Shown piece after piece: positions 24,624-39,536 of a stretch of DNA of 64,000 nucleotides (within the stretch, counting starts at the first letter, position 1; the number at the start of each line of letters is the position of its first letter). The position numbers and the translations under genes are program-made. This DNA is from Octopus vulgaris (lineage: Eukaryota). The stretch is taken from assembly GCA_951406725.2 (NCBI GenBank), contig OX597828.1, forward strand, positions 49,848,001-49,912,000. The letters are read 5' to 3'. The notes under the pieces were generated by a model that saw nothing but the letters and a program-made list of their open reading frames with translations, was not told where the DNA came from and made no database searches.

Positions 24624-25484
24624 CAGGGTGCGATGGGTAAATTGTCACTATTTTATATTTATAATTTTGTGCATTTGCATTGCATTGTTTGTTTTTTATT
24701 TTGTCAACTACACAGTAGAGTAGGGTCAGTTGGGCACTGTCTGTGAGAAAAATAGTACCATGACGTAATTCACTCAGTCAGAAAATTGGAAATGACATGC
24801 TGTATTGCTTGGCATTCATGCAGGAAGCTCCGATGTGAACATTTCAGAGTGTTTGGGTTTCAATCTGAGGACTGTGCTATCTGTGGACATATACTGAGAG
24901 TGATAAAAATCGAACATTCAGTCAACATCATGGTGTTTGGAGTGGTCATTAGTGATGGCAACGTTATGCTTCCATTCAACTTCCCACATGGTCTCAGACT
25001 CCACATGAAGGCCTACATCAAGTGCTTGGAAGAGGTAGTGCTGCCCTGGGTCAAGATGGTGGCTGCTGGAAGACCCTATGTCTGGCAACAGGACTCTGCA
25101 CCATGACACACAAGCAGGAGAACCCTGTCATGGCTGTCAGACAATTTCTGTGACCACATCACCCCTAATATCTGGTCACCTAACTCCTCAGACTGCCACC
25201 CCCTTGAGTATTATGTGTGCGGCGCAGTTCAGCGGGACAGCAACAAAACTCCTTGTAACACCAAACATGAAATGAAGGCAAGGATTATGGCGGCATTCAC
25301 CAACTTAAACAAGGAAACCATCCAGAAGAGTTGCAGGAGATTCAGAATGGCAGTTTTATTGAATAAATTTACTCTTTAATATTTTAAGATATTTAAATAT
25401 AATTTTGGTAAATATATCTATTACAATGAGATGTCAGATTATTTTCACTTTTGCATAATTTACGGAGTTTATTCACCGCACCCT
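24624..25484 (+). mobile_element. Internally deleted Tc1/mariner-superfamily element, maT-like
   Basis: Ends CAGGGTGCG...CGCACCCT within TA. Peptide VMVFGVV...YVWQQDSAP*H...WSPNSSDCHPLEYYV has 37 residues between the last two acidic positions. Confidence 0.8.
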
Positions 25485-25620
25485 TATATATATGTTGGTG
25501 TTCCATGCTGGTATAGGTTCTACAGTATTTGACTACACTGGGGGCTATGCTGGTTGCCAGCATCCTTCGCAAGGTTTCTATGGCTGGATGTCCTTCCAAA
25601 TGCCAACCACTTTATATAGT

Positions 25621-25672
25621 ATTAGCAGACATACCGGGCTTGCTCGGGATTAAAATGGCATAGTGTTTTTTT
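25621..25672 (-). mobile_element. Helitron 3'-end fragment
   Basis: Minus strand CCCGAGCAAGCCCGG..TCTGCTAA resembles the 3' ends at 12414 and 48159. Confidence 0.4.
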
Positions 25673-25855
25673 ATTGCTTTACTTACTTCAGTCATGTGAC
25701 TGTGGCCATGCTGGAGCACTGCTTTTGGTCGACAAAATCGACCTAGTATATACATATATATATATACATATATATGTATATATATACATATATATACATA
25801 TATATGTATATATATACATATATATATATATATACATATATATATGTGTATATAT

Positions 25856-25913
<58 letters not shown>

Positions 25914-25943
25914 CTATCTATATATATATATACATACACACAT

Positions 25944-27125
25944 AATCTACCTTGATTTCAGCAGGGGTTGATCATAAGATCCTTTTGAGAAAGCTGTCCA
26001 ATATTGGTATCACTGGAAAGCTGCTGCAGTGGATCAAGTGTTTCCTGTCAAACAGAACCCAACATGTAGTCGAAGGAGTCAAATCCAGCCCAGTCAAAGT
26101 CAGTAGTGGTGTCCCACAAGGCACTGTGTTGGGCCCACTTCTCTTCATCATCTACATTAATGACATCACTGACATCATCAAACACAGTAACATCAGAATC
26201 TTCGCTGATGATTCCAAGCTCCAGAAGGTCATCAATGGCGTGGATGACCAGATAAGCCTTCAGTCAGACCTACTGGCTGTTGTACAAAGGGCGGAAAAGA
26301 ACAACATGTTGCTAAACGAAGACAAATTCGAACTGATCCACATTGGAAGGGAAACTCCCATACTCCCGGAGAAATTCTCATGGTGTCTAACAACATCAGA
26401 GACTTGGGAGTAACTGTGGACAACAACATAAGCTGGGCTACACATATAAGCAGCAAAGTTGACATGGCCCGCAGAATGTGTTCCTGGATTCTCAGAACCT
26501 TCCAGTCGAGAGATTCCCACACCATTATCCTTCTGTTCTCCACTTTTGCCCGACCCCCACCTTGAATACTGCTGTCCACTGTGGTCTCCCTATACGAAAC
26601 AGAATATTATGAAAGTTGAAGCTCCCCAAAGGTCAATCACAAAAAAGATAGATGGCATGTCAGACCTCGACTCCTGGGGTTGACTGGAAAAGCTGAAACT
26701 GTATTCACTCCAACAACGCTGTGAACACTACATTATCTGTATGATGTAGAAAATATTCCATCAGCACTGTCCGAATGATGTTGGCATCACCTTCAAAATA
26801 CATCCAAGACTTGGACCCCGTGCCATCTGTCCACAACAAAAATCTAAATCGCATCTCATAACAACAATATGGCACAATTAATTCACCTCAATTGGACCCG
26901 CTCTCTTCAACATTACACCAAAACACGTCAAAATAGAAACTGACCACACAAAATTCAAGAAGTCTTTGGACAAATTCCTTCAAACAATCCCGGACAAACC
27001 ACCCACACCCGGATATGTCTCCGCAAACAATGACTCTCTGCTTGAATGGGCCTTGAAAGACTTCACCAGGTGGTGCTATTAAGTTAGACATGGCCTGGGC
27101 CAACACTGGCCAAAACCTTTCTAAG
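25944..27125 (+). mobile_element. 5'-truncated CR1-type LINE (RT remnant and 3' end)
   Basis: YLDFS, SGVPQGTVLGPLLFIIYINDI, FADDSKL, LEYCCPLWSPY. Contains frameshifts and stops. Confidence 0.9.
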
Positions 27126-27166
27126 TTATGTATATATATATATATATATACATACATACACATATT

Positions 27167-27206
<40 letters not shown>

Positions 27207-27230
27207 TATATACACACATATATGTATGTG

Positions 27231-27262
<32 letters not shown>

Positions 27263-27264
27263 TG

Positions 27265-27308
<44 letters not shown>

Positions 27309-27514
27309 CATACATACACACATACATATGCGTATATATATATATATGTATACATATGTGTGTATATATATATATATGTATGCATATATGTGTATATATA
27401 TACATATATATATGTATACATATATGTGTAAACTCTATCTATATATACATGTATATATATATGTCTATATATATATTTGTATATATATACACCTGTATAT
27501 ATATATATATATGT

Positions 27515-28954
27515 ATAGTCCTCCAGGCAATAACAGAGGATTTCAAGACAGGTTGCCCCTGGGAGCTCCTCTATGCTGAGGACCTGGCCCTCCTAGCAGA
27601 ATCACTACTGAAACTAGAAAAGAAATTTTGGGTGTGGAAGCAAGGTTTAGAATCAAAGGGCCTTAGAGTCAATGTAGCAAAGACCAAAGTTATAGTAAGT
27701 AGGAAAGCGAACTCAACACGTACCCACTCAGGTAGGTGGCCCTGCTCAATCTGTAGAAAATGTGTAGGTAGAAACTCCTTAAGATGTACGCAGTGTAAGC
27801 TATGAACGCATAAGAGGTGCAGCAACATCAAAGGAAAATTAACCGAGAAGATAGTTTTCGTGTGCGGCAGACACCACAGATACTCAGAAAACAGATTCCA
27901 TCACACTCCAGGAGGAGAAACTAGAAGTAGTTGATAGTTTCTGCTACCTAGGTGACCAAGTTAGTAGTGGAGGTGGATGCTCAGAGAGTGTCACCACTAG
28001 AATACGAATAGCCTGGGCAAAGTTTAGAAAGCTTCTACCCCTACTGGTGACAAAGTGTCTCTCGCTCAGAGTGAAAGGTAGATTGTACAATGCATGTGTA
28101 CGAACTGCCATGCTTCACGGTAGTGAAACATGGGCCGTGACTGGAGTGGACATGCGTAGGCTTGAAAGAAATGAAGCTAGCATTATCCGCTGGATGTGTA
28201 ATGTCACTGTGCACACACGACAGAGTGTAAGTGCCCTGAGAGAAATGCTGGACATAAGAAGCATTGGATGTGGTGTGCGAGAGAGACGTTTGTGATGGAT
28301 GAGGAGAGATGTGTGAAGAAGTGCCACTTCCAAACAGCTGAAGGAATCCAGGGTAGAGGTAGACCCAGGAAGACATGGGATGAGGTGGTCAAGTATCACC
28401 TTCGTATGTTGGTCCTCACAGAGGCAATGACTGAGATCTCTGGAGATATGCTGTGACTGTGAAGACCCAACAAATAACGTGAGTTCATGGCTGTTTCCTG
28501 CACCAGCTTCACATAGCAGTCCCAGCCCATCCAAAGTACCTTGGATTGCAGAACAGCCTACTGTGCTTACCTTGGATCATAGGGCGACCCGCTGTGCTTG
28601 AGGAGACCTACTGAGTCAAGTACATCGACATCAAATAAAAATCAAATGGAAATTGTAGTTGGATACCTGTGCTGGTGGCACATAAAAAGCACCATTCGAG
28701 CATGGCCGATGCCAGTGCCACCATGACTGGCTTCTGTGCCGGTGACATGTAAAAAGCACCAACCGATCATGGCTGTTTCCAGCCTCCCCTGGCACATAAA
28801 AAGTACCCACTACACTCAATAAGAAGGGCATCCAGCTGTAGAAACACTGCCAGATAAAACTGGAGCCTGGTGCAGCTTCCTGGCTTCCCAGACCTGGTCG
28901 AACTGCTCAACCCATGCTAGCATGGAAAACAGCCGCTAAATGATGATGATGATG
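27515..28954 (+). mobile_element. 5'-truncated RTE LINE with 3' UTR and (GAT)n tail
   Basis: [29 protein letters not shown]. Stops and deletions present. Confidence 0.9.
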
Positions 28955-28992
28955 ATATATGTATATATATATATATATTTGTATGTATATAT

Positions 28993-30915
28993 TATAGTTA
29001 ACCACTTGATACACGAAGGAGTCATACCCAATGACTGGTGTAGCAGCACTATAGTCAACTGCTACAAAGTTAAAGGTGACGCTTTAGATACAAATAATTA
29101 CAGAGGTATCAAGTTGTTGGATCAGGTAATGAAGGTCACGGAGAGAGTCATAGCCCAACTAATTAGGGAGAGAGTTAGTTTAGATGAGATGCAGTTTGGG
29201 TTCGTGCCAGGGAAAAGCACCACTGATGCTATATTTCTGGTAAGACAGATAAACCCCTGTACCTGGCTTTTTTTGACATGGAGAAAGTCTTTGACAGGGT
29301 CCCCCAATCCCTTATCTGGTGGTCAATGAGGAAACTAGGGATAGATGAATGGTTAGTGAGAGCTGTGCAAGCCATGTACAGGGACGCTGTCAGTAAGGTG
29401 AGGGTTGGCAATGAGTATAGTGAAGAATTCCGGGTAGAAGTAGGGGTCCACCAAGGTTCAGTCCTCAGCCCCCTCCTATTTATCATAGTCCTCCAGGCAA
29501 TAATGGAGGAATTCCAGACAGGATGCCCCTGGGAGCTCCTCTATGCTGATGACTTTGCTCTAATTGCTGAGTCACTATCAGAACTGGAGGAGAAGTTTCA
29601 GGTGTGGAAGCAAGGATTAGAATCGAAGGGCCTTAGAGTCAACCTAGCTAAAACCAAAGTCCTAATAAGTAGGAAGGCAGGCAAACCACAAATCCCTTCA
29701 GGTAGATGGCCCTGCTGAATCTGTAGAAAAGGAGTAGGTAGAAACTCTATAAGATGTACCCAGTGTAAGCTATGGACACATAAGAGGTGCAGTAATATCA
29801 AAGGAAGGCTAACTGGGAAGATAGTTTTTGTATGTGGCAGATGCTCGGGGGTGATAAACACTGAAAATGTGCAGAGACCAACTTCCTCCACATTCCAGGG
29901 AGAAAAACTAGAAGTAGTTGATAGCTTTCGTTATCTAGGTGACCAAATCAGTGGCGCAGGAGGGTGCACTGAAAGAATAAGCTGCTAGAATAAGAATAGC
30001 TTGGGCAAAGGTCAGAGAGCTCTTACCTCTGCTGGTGACAAAGGGCGTCTCGCTCAGAGTAAAAGGTAGACTGTATGATGCATGTGTACGAACAGCCATG
30101 CTACACGGCAGTGAAACATGGGCTGTGACTGCTAGGATATGCGTAAGCTCTCAAGGAGTGAAGCCAGTATGATCTGATGGATGTGTAATGTCAGTGTGCA
30201 TACTCAACAGAGTGTAAGTACCTTGAGAGAAAAGTTGGACCTAAGAAGCATTAAATGTGGTGTGCAAGAGAGACAACTGCGCTGGTATGGTCATGTGGCG
30301 AGAATGGATGAGGATAGCTGTGTGAAAAAGTGCCACACCCTAGCGGTTGAGGGAACCTGTGGAAGAGGTAGACCCAGGAAGACCTGGGATGTAGTGGTGA
30401 AGCACGACCTTTGAACATTAGGCCTCACCAAGGAAATGACTAGCGACTGAGACCTTTGGAAATATGCTGTGCTTGAGAAGACCCGGCAAGCCAGATGAAA
30501 CCATAACCCAAGGCCTATGCCAGGAGCATAACCAGCCCACTTATGTGTAGCTTTTCCTTCTTTGGTCACTAAACTTTGCTTGCGAAGACCTGTTGAGGCA
30601 AGTGAAATCAAAATCATTTCGATGACTGGCATCCGTGCTAGCGGGGTGCAAAGAGCACCATACGAGTATGATCGTTACCAGCGTCGCCTTACTGGCACTT
30701 GTGCCTGTGCTAGTAGGGTGCCAAGAGCATCATCCGAGCATGATCATTGTGATCGTTGCCACAGCAGCCAACTGGCTTCCGTACCCATGGCACATAAAAG
30801 GGCACCATTTGAGCATGATTGTTACCAACGTCGCTTCACTGGCATCTGTGTTGGTGGAACATGTGAAAAGATTCGAGTGAGGTCATTGCCAGTACCACCT
30901 GACTGGCCCGGTCCT
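28993..30915 (+). mobile_element. Truncated RTE LINE (RT with PHD-like Zn-finger insert)
   Basis: NYRGIKLL, QFGFVPGKSTTDAIF, GVHQGSVLSPLLF, LLYADD and a C4HC3 motif at 29713-29844. Confidence 0.9.
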
Positions 30916-31540
30916 TTGGAAAACCTTCGTCCTCAGCCACTTGGACTACTGCTCCCAACTATGGTCATCACACAATATTAAGTTAACAGCAGAGCTCAAA
31001 GCAATCCAATGAAGCTACACTAAGAAGATCATCCCAATGCAACATATCAGCTACTGGGAAAGACTGATGTATTAAAACTCTTCTCCCTGGAGTGAAGGCG
31101 GGAGAGATATGCAGTGATATACACCTGGAAAATCCTGTAGGGTCTTGTCCTGAATTTTGGCATTGAAAGTTACCCCAACAGCAGAACGGAGCGCCACTGC
31201 ATGGTGCCAAAGATCCCAACATCACAATCAAAATACAGGACCTGATACTGCAAAGGCTTAGGCTTCAGGGGACCACAGCTCTTTAATATCCTTCCTAAAT
31301 GCCTGAGAGACCCGCATGGTGTGGATGTGGGTTTCTTTAAAACTAAACTGGATCTCTTGTAGTCAGGGGTTCCAGATGAACCTAGCTCTCGGCAGGAAAC
31401 ACAGATGTGGGCAGCGGCGTCGAACTCCCTTGTTGACCAAGTGCCACGTATCAGATGTGGTTTCACATACTAGTGTAGCTCATTCAACGGTGATGCCCCT
31501 GCATGGCCACACCTTTCGAGCTAAAATATTTTTAAGGATT
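30916..31540 (+). mobile_element. Degenerate CR1-type LINE 3' fragment
   Basis: LDYCSQLWS and GPQLFNILP motifs. Homologous to 31990-32910. Confidence 0.7.
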
Positions 31541-31632
31541 TAAGGATTATTTCCCTTTGTTCTGTTTCTTGAAGAATTTAAATTTATAAAAGAAACATTT
31601 ATGAAAAAAAAAAATATATGTATATATCTATA

Positions 31633-31690
<58 letters not shown>

Positions 31691-31989
31691 CACAAAAAAA
31701 CACCATCCGAGCGTGGCTGTTCGCCAGCCTCGTCTGGCACCTGTGCAGGTGGCACATAAAAAGCACCCACTACACTCACGGAGTGGTTGGCGTTAGGAAG
31801 GGCATCCAGCTGTAGAAACACAGCCAGATCTGACTGGTCTGGTGCAGCCTTCGGGCTTCCCAGACCCCAGTTGAACCGTCCAACCCATGCTAGCATGGAA
31901 AGCGGACGTTAAACGATGATGATGATGATGATGATGATGATGATATATATATATACATACTCACACATATATACATCTACCTACTTGGA

Positions 31990-32910
31990 AATGGATACTT
32001 CCAGCCAGGCAGCTTTGGTGAAGCTGGAGCATGACTGTTGTGTTTCTGATTTCCTCAGTCTAGGACTTTTCACTTCCCTGCGTGTGCCTTTGTCCCAGCT
32101 GTTGGCCCATTTGGTGTAAAAGGGAGGTTGATTCCACTGCCCTCATGTGTACCTCCTGAAGGGCTATTGGTTCATCTGGTATTGTGGTGAGGAGGATGTC
32201 TTCTTCCTCTTTGAAGGCATCTACTTTCAACTGATGCAGAATTCTTAATTTTTGTGGCAGGGCATTGAAGAGCTGTGGGCCTTTTGAACCCTTGACTATT
32301 GCAGTACCTGGTCCTGAATTTAGATGGAGGAGATGGCACCTTTGGTACAGCACAGTGGCGGCCAGTTCTGGCATTTGTATAACACCCAATGCCGAAATTA
32401 GGTACTAGCCCCTCTAGAGGGTTTTCCATATGTAGATTATTGCATATGTCTCACTCCTTTGCTCCAAGGAGTAAAGTTGCAGGTGTTTCAGCCGATCCCT
32501 GTAGTTCATCTGCTGCACTGTTTCAATGTTTTTAGTGTAGTGGTGTTGGACTGCTTGAAGCTCTGCTGTTCGTTTGGCACTATGCGGTGACCATAACTGG
32601 GAGCAGTAGTCCAGGCAGCTGAGAACAAAGGTTCTCCACAGGGTCAACATAGTTTCTTGGTCTCTTGTCTTGAAGGACCTCATTATCCATCCTGCCAGTT
32701 GTCAGCACTTTGCTGCCATCTTGGCAATGTGCATTTAAAATGATGCGTCATTGCACACACTGATCTCCGAGTCTTTCACTGCTTGTGGCTCTGGGCTTGT
32801 AGTGCCTTTGGGTCCTGCATATGCAGGCTGTAGCACATTCATGGGTTGATAGTGCAGAGCTTGACATTTTCCATCATTTAACTGCATGTTCTTTGTTTCA
32901 ACCCAGCCAT
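31990..32910 (-). mobile_element. Degenerate CR1-type LINE 3' fragment
   Basis: LDYCSQLWSPH, LQLYSLEQR and GPQLFNALP motifs. Confidence 0.8.
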
Positions 32911-33449
32911 CCATGTTTGTCTGTATATATGTATGTTTTCTTTAGAACACTATTTGATAAGTTTTTGCCCTAGTTTCACAAATGTTGTCACTACATTTGA
33001 TGCATAAATGTATAAACAAGCTTTTAATAGTAAGAGTGGCATGCCATAATGTGTGTGTGTTTGTGTGCATACGGATGTGTCTGTGTCTGTGCATCTGCAT
33101 ATATGTGTACAGTGCGTTAGAGTTCTGTATATAAAGAAAGTCATGTTCAGTCTTGATCATAAGTGAAATCTCTTCCCCCCCCCCCCCCGTTGCATTTCCC
33201 CCATCTCCATCACATCTCTTAAACACCATCCATCACTCATCCTCTTCTTCTTTTTCCTCCCATGCCTCTGCTATTTACTCAGCCTTTCCCTCTTTACTGA
33301 AAGTGTCAAAACGGTCATTGAACTTGTTTCTTTCTTTCTCAACCTACTTTCATTTTTATCAGCTTTCATCTAGTCAGATAATGTAAGGGCCTGGACTTGG
33401 CGGAACACTATTGACGTGTTTGTTGCTATGTGTTTGTATGCCTGTATGT

Positions 33450-33507
<58 letters not shown>

Positions 33508-33716
33508 TTATATTAAAATTTACAGAAATCAAAAGATGAAAACAGTTGAGGAAACAATAAGCAGGTGTATGAGTTTGATGCTTGGGAAGGATGGAAAAGT
33601 CACTGATGAATATATATGTGTGTGTTTATATGTATTTGTGTGTATATATGTATGTGTGAGTGTGTATGTGTGTAATATACTTGCACAAACATACACACAC
33701 ACACACACACGCATAC

Positions 33717-33748
<32 letters not shown>

Positions 33749-33749
<1 letters not shown>

Positions 33750-33955
33750 AAGTTAATCCAAACATGAAAACACAAAGAGAAAACACAACAACGCGAGGAC
33801 GTGGAACAAATATAGTATTATTGGACGCTAAGGGAAGAAGGGAAGAAGGAGGGTTTTATGTTTCGAGCGGAGCTCTTCGTCGGAAACATAGGAAAAGGAA
33901 AGATCCAGAGAAGGGAAGACGGAAGAAAAAAAATCGCCAACGGTACACACGAGGT

Positions 33956-33958
<3 letters not shown>
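33749..33958 (-). mobile_element. Short Penelope-like fragment with HHR-like motif (33854-33890)
   Basis: Minus strand ttt-CCGACGA-a-GAGC-tcc-GCTC-GAAAC-ATA-aaa. 3' end at (TA)n. Confidence 0.55.
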
Positions 33959-34017
<59 letters not shown>

Positions 34018-34397
34018 TGTGTGTGTATGTGTATATACATGTATATATATGTATATGGAATATATAAAGCCCTCTCTTGTGTTATATTGACTCATAAGAT
34101 TTCCTGGTTTCTGTGATTTATATATTTTCCACTGGTCGGGGCACTGGTCCGTTGCTAGAGCACTCATTTTGGCCAGCTGAGTGGATTGGAACAACTTGAA
34201 ATGAAGTGTTTTGCTCAAGGATACAATGCATTGCTTGGTCCTGGAATCAAAGCTACAATCTTATGATCATAAATCCAACACTCTAACCACTAAGCCATGT
34301 GACTCCACCTATATACACATGCACACACACATATATGCATATTTACTTATGCCTATCTATGTGTGTGTGTGTGTATATATATACACCACACACACAG

Positions 34398-34608
34398 ATG
34401 TAGATGGTGCAACAGCTGAAGCCATCAGATTGTCCTTACAGATTGTAATATGCAGTCAGACTTTGTGACTGTAACCCAACCTATATATATATATATTTGG
34501 AAACCTCATTTTGATAATGTAAAGAGGCTGGGCTACAGTCACAAAGTCTGATGCCTGTTACAATCAATGGGTGTAATCTGATGTTTTCAGCTGTTGCAGC
34601 CTCTGCAT
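34398..34608. mobile_element. Degenerate MITE-like palindrome
   Basis: ~85-bp imperfect inverted arms (34398-34483, 34525-34608). Confidence 0.65.
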
Positions 34609-34900
34609 TTTACTCTTTTACTTGTTTCAGTCATTTGACTGTGGCCATGCTGGAGCACTGCCTTTAGTCGAGCAAATCGCCCCCAGGTCTTATTCTTTGT
34701 AAGCCTAGTACTATTTCTATCGGTCTCTTTTGCCAAACCACTAAGTTACGGGGACGTAAACACACCACCATCGGTTGTCAAGCGATGTTGGGGTGGGGTG
34801 GTGGGGTAGACAAACACAGACACACAAACATACATACATAAAAATCTCTGCAGATTTTTCATAGAAATTATAGCCAGCAATGATTTTTCAGGAGTTTTCA

Positions 34901-34942
34901 CTGAAGAAGGAGTAACAACTCCTGAAATATGTATATACACCA
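34901..34942 (+). ncRNA. Hammerhead core lacking the 5' helix I arm
   Basis: CTGAAGA-aggagt aaca actcct-GAAA-tatgtata-TA. Lies inside an inverted repeat (34844-34886, 35009-35051). Confidence 0.45.
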
Positions 34943-36419
34943 AGTGCCTATTTTCGTCTTCAATTGCATTGTTTATATTAGACGTATCTGGATAAAAAAT
35001 GTCCTAACAAATTAGTGTTGGCTATAATTTCTATAGAAAATCTGCAGAGATAACTTTAAGTGATGTAATAGCACTGCTAACACAGTAGAACACGGTTTTG
35101 ACTTATAAAATGTTTAATAAACTTTGTAGTATATTATGGCTACATAACAGAATACAGTGTCCCTACAAGTAATTAATCTGCATTTTTATACTTTGTGACT
35201 TTTGGCCAACTCTGTGTGTGTGTGTGTACATAACTATATCTATATCTCCAACCATATGAGTATGAAAAACACAAATGATGATATATCTATCCATATGTAT
35301 GTGTATCTATCTACCCACTCAACCACTCTCCTCTTGTATTCTTGCAATATTACCCACCCTTTCTTAATTCTTCCCTCTCCACAGTCTATTCTAGTCACTG
35401 TCTGTGGACATGTTATCTTGAGGATATGTTCTGGTACATCTCATCACTGTATTTTCTTCTTTTTTGGTACCACTCCAGATATCTCCCATACTCACCTATA
35501 TAAATTGCAAAGTAGCCATATATCTTCATAACAATAAACTTGTTTCTGTTCCTCTCATCATACTTAAACCTCTCAGGACCTTGCATAAAGTGATCACTCT
35601 CTCTCTCTCTCATATTATCCCTGCCAGTTGAAGCAGCCTTTTTGCCTAGCAGGGTACAAGTTGACCTCACTAGTGCTGGTGCCACTAAAAGATCTCCAGT
35701 CCCCTCTGTAAAATGGTTGGTATTGGAAAAGATGTTCAGCTGTAAATAGCATGCTAAAACTGACACCCTGGAACAAGATGTGGTCCTCTGATCATCATTT
35801 AATGTCTGTTTTCCATGGGCTGGACTGGGCATGGGTTGGGTGGATGTTGGATTCTATCAAAATATCCAACGCATGCCGACATGCAAAGTGACTGACGATG
35901 GTGACACACACACACACACACACACATGCATATAAGAATAAAATTAAATATACATTTATGTCTCTATTATATTTATATTTATAGAGATAATGTATAAAAT
36001 GTATATACATAGGTTTCTGTACTGCATATATGTGATGTGTAACTACATGGTTTCAAGCTCAATTCCATGCATGGCACCTTGGGCGAGTGTCTTCTGCTAA
36101 AGCCTTGTGTGTAGATTTGGTAGATGAAAACTAAAAGAAGCCTCTCTGTGTGTGTGTGTGTATACATATACAGAAAGGTAGATAGACATGGATGTGTGAG
36201 TCTCCTTGTCTTGACATTGCATGGTGGTTGTGGTCGAGGGGAAACATTTCATAGCTTGCCTTGGAACTCGCATTATAATATAGTGTGTATGTGTATATAT
36301 ACATGTATATGTATGTAAATGTACAAGCATGGCTGTGTAGTTAAGAAGCATGAAATATCAATAAATATATAACATTTATGCATGTGTGCACACACACACA
36401 CATATTTAAATATATATGT

Positions 36420-37520
<1,101 letters not shown>

Positions 37521-37850
37521 GTATGTATAATATTTAAATATATGATGCATAATATATGTATATATGCATATGCTTGCGTACTACATATATATATATGTAT
37601 TTATGTGTATGTGTGGTATAATACACACATACATATGGTGTTGTGTACGGTTAAAGATGCTTAAAGCGTGATTACTGTAGCTGTTAATTAATATTCTTCT
37701 TGCCTGATTTTGCACCTCAACACCGATGTGCATGTGTGTGTAGAGATAGGTGTGTATATTAAGCCTGAGAATGTATGTGTTTGTGCGCTCGTGTATTTGT
37801 ATGTATGTATATTTGTTGATACCGTCTATTTCTGACATGACAACCGAAGT

Positions 37851-37895
<45 letters not shown>

Positions 37896-38892
37896 AGTGA
37901 AGTAGTGGGCTATCCTGCTGGTTGTGTAGCTTGTAGTTTTATAACAGGACAAACCAACTTATATAACCATTTGCCGCCCGAAAAGCTGGCTACGGCACCC
38001 TCTGACCATTTATTTATTCCTTGTCTGTTATTTCGTTGTATTTCCAACTGATCTTACTGTAATTCTTCCGTTTCCATTTTTTTTTTTTTTTTGGCATTTC
38101 GTTCGACGAAAATTGCCCCAGAGTCTCCTTGTCTTTATCAGCACTGCGCTGCCATAAACATATGGCTTATAAATGGTTTATAATTTGGTTGTGTGTGTAC
38201 TTTAGTCCTGGTGGTGTTCTTTGCCAGGTTGTTTTATGCAGCTACTCTGCCCGTTGGTCGGTTATATTTATAGAACGGTTTTCACTCAAGCATTCACTGA
38301 ATGAAATTGTTGCTGTATTAACCGTGCACCACACCCCCTCCCCCTCTTCATCTTTCTTCTCTTATATACACTTGCTACCTATATTAACTGTTGTCACTAC
38401 TTTACTGTGATACATAATTCAAGCACAGACATACACATCAAAATAGATAATTACGATGATTAAGATCTTATATACAATATATTATGTGTAAAAAACAAAA
38501 ATCCTATATAATATATTCATATAATCTATGTAATATGTGTGTATGTATATATATAGTGTATATATATATAGAGAGAGATATACTATACATACATATATAT
38601 ATATGAATACACACACACATCATCATCATCATTTAACGTCCGTTTCCCATGCTGGTATGGGTTGGACGGTGTGACTGGAGCTGGTCAGGCCCGGAGCCAT
38701 ACCAGGCTCCTTTGCCTGTTCTGGTATTGTTTCTACGGCTGGATGCCCTTCCTAACGCCAGCCACTCCACAAAGTGTACTGCGTGCTTTTATGTGCTACT
38801 AGCACCAGAATCACTTCTACAGTGGCAGACATAATATTTCTATCAATATGTGTGTGTGTGTGGATATAATATAATATAATATATATATATAT

Positions 38893-39284
38893 ATGCCCTT
38901 AAGCTATGGAGGTCATAATATATGTGGCCAGGTATAGTTTTACATGTGTGTGTGTCTGTGTGTGTATATATATATGTGTGTGTTGTGTGTGTATATATAT
39001 GTGGTAAGTAGCTTGTTTACCAACAACATGGTTCCGGGTTCAGTCCCACTGCGTGGCACCTTGGCAAGTGTCTTCTGCTATAGCCTCGGGCCGACCAAAG
39101 CCTTGTGAGTGGATTTGGTAGACGGAAACTGAAAGAAGCCCGTAGTATATATGTATATATATGCATGTTTGTGTGTCTGTGTTTGTCCCCCTAGCATTGC
39201 TTGACAACCGATGCTGGTACGTTGATGTCCCCGTCACTTAGCGGTTCGGCAAAAGAGACCGATAGAATAAGTACTGGGCTTACA
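38893..39284 (+). repeat. 392-bp near-perfect duplicate of 40295-40687
   Basis: Identical by eye except one G (TTGGCAAG vs TTGGGCAAG). Includes non-SINE flank and a truncated family B SINE. Confidence 0.9.
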
Positions 39285-39324
39285 CAGTCAAAAATTGTGA
39301 AGCATGACTGTCAACACTACTACA

Positions 39325-39369
39325 TGAACCCGAAGATTGCAGAATTCAATGCATGAAAGTACTAGTTCA
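39325..39369 (+). ncRNA. Minimal hammerhead motif (U4C variant) in insert 39285-39501
   Basis: tgaac-CCGAAGA-t tgca gaattcaa tgca t-GAAA-gtac-TA-gttca. Confidence 0.65.
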
Positions 39370-39498
39370 ATCAGAATGAATATTTAACATTCTACTATTT
39401 CATTTTATTTTACTCAATTATAATATATTATCTTATAATATATCATTATAAGATTGTAAATAAAACGTGAAAATCAGACAAGGTTGGAATTCTTTTTA

Positions 39499-39536
<38 letters not shown>

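Noticed and set aside
27515-30915. Intact, active retrotransposon or host RT gene
   Set aside because: Two separate 5'-truncated copies with stops, frameshifts and deletions, and no endonuclease domain.
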